Assembly (NCBI GenBank): GCA_004431415.1
Contig: QPMI01000161.1
Location: forward strand, 148,461-212,460
Direction of reading: 5' to 3'
From: Cyanophora paradoxa CCMP329
Lineage: Eukaryota; Plantae; Glaucophyta
DNA length: 64,000 nt
Shown here one piece after another: positions 62,001 to 64,000 of this stretch. Made by a program: the position numbers and the translations under genes. Positions within the stretch are counted from its first letter, which is position 1, and each line of letters opens with the position of its first letter. Below the pieces are notes generated by a model. The model was given only the letters and a program-made list of their open reading frames with translations. It did no database searches and was not told where the DNA came from.

Positions 62001-63960
62001 GCAAGGCCGAGGCGGGCGGGCGGCGAGGTCGGACCCCTCCCCGGCCTTCGCGCCTGGCGCGGCGGCGGGGGCGGGGGCGGAGGATGAGGAGGCGGCCGGG
62101 GGAGCCGAGGAGGAGGAGGAGGAGGAGGAGGCCGGGGCGAGCGGGGCGGGGGCCGAGGAGGAAGAAGAGGAGGCGGCGGCCTGGGGCGGGGGCGGCGGCG
62201 GCGGCGGGGCGGCCTCGTCTTCGGCGGCGGGGCGGGGCGGCCCGTAGAAGGAGAAGGAGTCGGGGTCGAGGGAGGGCCCGCGCCCGCCCCACGCGCCCCC
62301 CGTCGCCTCCGCGCGCAGCCTCAGCCAGTCCGCGAGGGGGACGGCCGACTCCATCCCCCCCCGGCACTCCCCGTACGCCGGGCCCCGCGGGTCGAAGTGA
62401 TAGGAGGCCAAGGGGCCGGCCTCCGCCTCCTCGTCCTCCTCGCCCGCCGCGGAGGCCGCTGGGGGGCGGCCCCGGCCCTTGCCGGCGGGGCGGCGAGGCG
62501 CCTGCGCGGCGCGGGCCGCCCGCGCCGGGTCCAGCATTCCCTCCTCCACGACCCACGCCGAGACGGTGAGCTGGCGGTACGACGTCAGAAAGAGAGGGGG
62601 GATGAAACGGGGGAGGGGAGTGTTGGACCACGAGGACGGCGTCGGGGGCGCCGGCGGCGGCGGTGTCGGCGGGGCCGGCGAGGCGCAGGTGGGATCGCAG
62701 GACCAGCCCGTTCGGGTTCAGATCCGCGAGGATCGTTTTCAGGATCTGCCGCGCGTAAGAGGCGCCGGGCCGGGAGCCCGAGCTGGGGGCGGGGCGCGCC
62801 TCGCGGTGCGGGGAGGGTACGAGGGCCAGGGCCTTGTAGCGGCGCCAGGAGGGGTACCACCAGAGGCCCATCGGCATGGGCTCCGCCTCGGACTTGGTCA
62901 CGACGCCGTCCTCTGCGCCGAAGGGTAAGACGAGGGAGGGGGCGCTCGAGGCTCTTCGAGTGGGGGCGGGGCGCGGGCCGAAGTTGAGGCGGACGAGGGC
63001 GCGGGCGCCCTTCTTGGCGAGTCCGGGCACCGCCTTCTTCACCCGCTCCAGCGGCATGCACAGCTCCGAGTCCCCCAGGGGGAAGGCGTAGACGCCCAGC
63101 AGCGCCCCCTCCTCCCCCTCCTCCCCCTCCGGCCCGCCCGCCCCGCCCTCCGCCTCGCCCCCCGCCTTCTTCTTCTTCTTCTTGGGCTTCGGCTTGGGCG
63201 GTGCCGAGGAGGAGGAGGCTGCGGGCGCCGCCGGCCCGGCGCCGGGCGGCCGGAGGGCGCGCAGGCGCGCCTCAAGGGCGGCGCGCTCGGCGGCGAGCGT
63301 CGCCTCCTGCTCGCCCGCCGTCTGTCCCCGACCGCAGTGGCCCCCCATCCGCCGCAGCGCCTCCCGCCGCCCTGCGCCGCTGAGAAGGGGAGGGGGGGGG
63401 GGGGGGAGCACGCACGAATGCGGTACTCCTCGGGGAGGCCCTCCTCCTCGGCGCGGTCCTCGTCCCCCACGTCGTCGTCTTCGTCGTCGTACCCCTCGTC
63501 CATGTCCGATTCCTCCGCTTCGGCGTCCGGGACGGCTGCGGGGGGTTGTCTGGGCAAGGGAGGGTGGGGGCGGAGGAGAGAAGTGGGGTACCGCCGAGCC
63601 CGTAAAGGAAGTTGGCGAAGGCGTTCATGGGGAAGGCGGGGAGGGGCAGGTGTGCGAAGGGGGCGTAGCGGCCGCCCCCACCCCTGCCCCCACCGCGGCC
63701 ACCGCGGCCGGCGGCGCTCCCGCGTCGCCCTCCGGAGCCGCCGGAGCCGCGGCCGCGGCCGCGTCCGCGGACCGGCGCGTCCTCCTCGCTCGACAGATCC
63801 AGAAGCACCTGGCGCCACGGTTCGGTCGGTTGGCGGGTGGAGGGGCGGACGTGGGCCAGCGCGGGCGAGCGGGAAACAGCCGCACGTCGCGAGCGCGGTC
63901 GGCAGAGGCTGCGGCGTTGTCGCTCCAGCCCTGGGCGCCCTGGTTCTCTGCGCACGGGCG
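56094..63960 (-). CDS. SNF2-family helicase with an embedded RING finger (Rad5/SHPRH-like); the 5' end may lie beyond the window
   Basis: LLRFQRQALHWM, GGVLANEMGLGKT, TLVVCPVSIQEQW, DVVLTTYE, WRVVLDEAQ, WCVSGTP, LRQACCH-like LRQAACHP, CPICFD..ECGHSFCKQ/CIEE..CPTCR, QAALRVHRIGQ, GTVEEK. Confidence 0.9.
56876..56939 (+). repeat. (GGGGGC/GGGGC)n intronic repeat, potential G-quadruplex on the template strand
   Basis: Read directly; about 10 G-runs. Confidence 0.85.
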
Positions 63961-64000
63961 CACGCGCTCGAGCGCGCGAGGGAGGGGGCCGAGCTGGGCG

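Noticed and set aside
1611-63963. Numerous long overlapping Arg/Gly/Pro/Ala-rich ORFs on both strands
   Set aside because: Expected from stop-codon scarcity at very high GC; the motif-bearing spliced frames explain the sequence

Overview
This is very GC-rich, gene-dense eukaryotic nuclear DNA with many short introns (donors GT and often GC). Most long ORFs in the six-frame track are GC-content artefacts, so genes were rebuilt by joining exons with recognisable motifs. Plastid transit peptides with an early Phe suggest a primary-plastid alga, possibly a glaucophyte (inference). About 20 genes are visible: a RING/TRAF zinc-finger E3, a plastid FAD-dependent carotenoid-desaturase-like enzyme, a small zinc-finger ORF, a TTC25-like TPR protein, NC2alpha, UAP1, a type I membrane protein, an M13 peptidase, a PH-domain CaMK, an MFSD5/MOT2 transporter, RRP4, a GET3/ArsA ATPase, METTL14, a FkbM methyltransferase, an HNH endonuclease, a large BAH-type C5 DNA methyltransferase, an EngB GTPase, a Rieske protein and a SNF2-RING helicase. 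The most notable observations are: (1) a 138-bp tandem triplication of a box C/D snoRNA-like unit inside an RRP4 intron; (2) an atypical DNMT (ENV replaced by EEV) next to an HNH nuclease, within a run of methyltransferase genes; (3) an inverted ~237-bp copy of the desaturase last exon 10 kb away; (4) an 8-nt micro-exon carrying a Rieske Fe-S ligand; (5) a higher-order GC-rich tandem repeat. Gene ends are approximate where stated.
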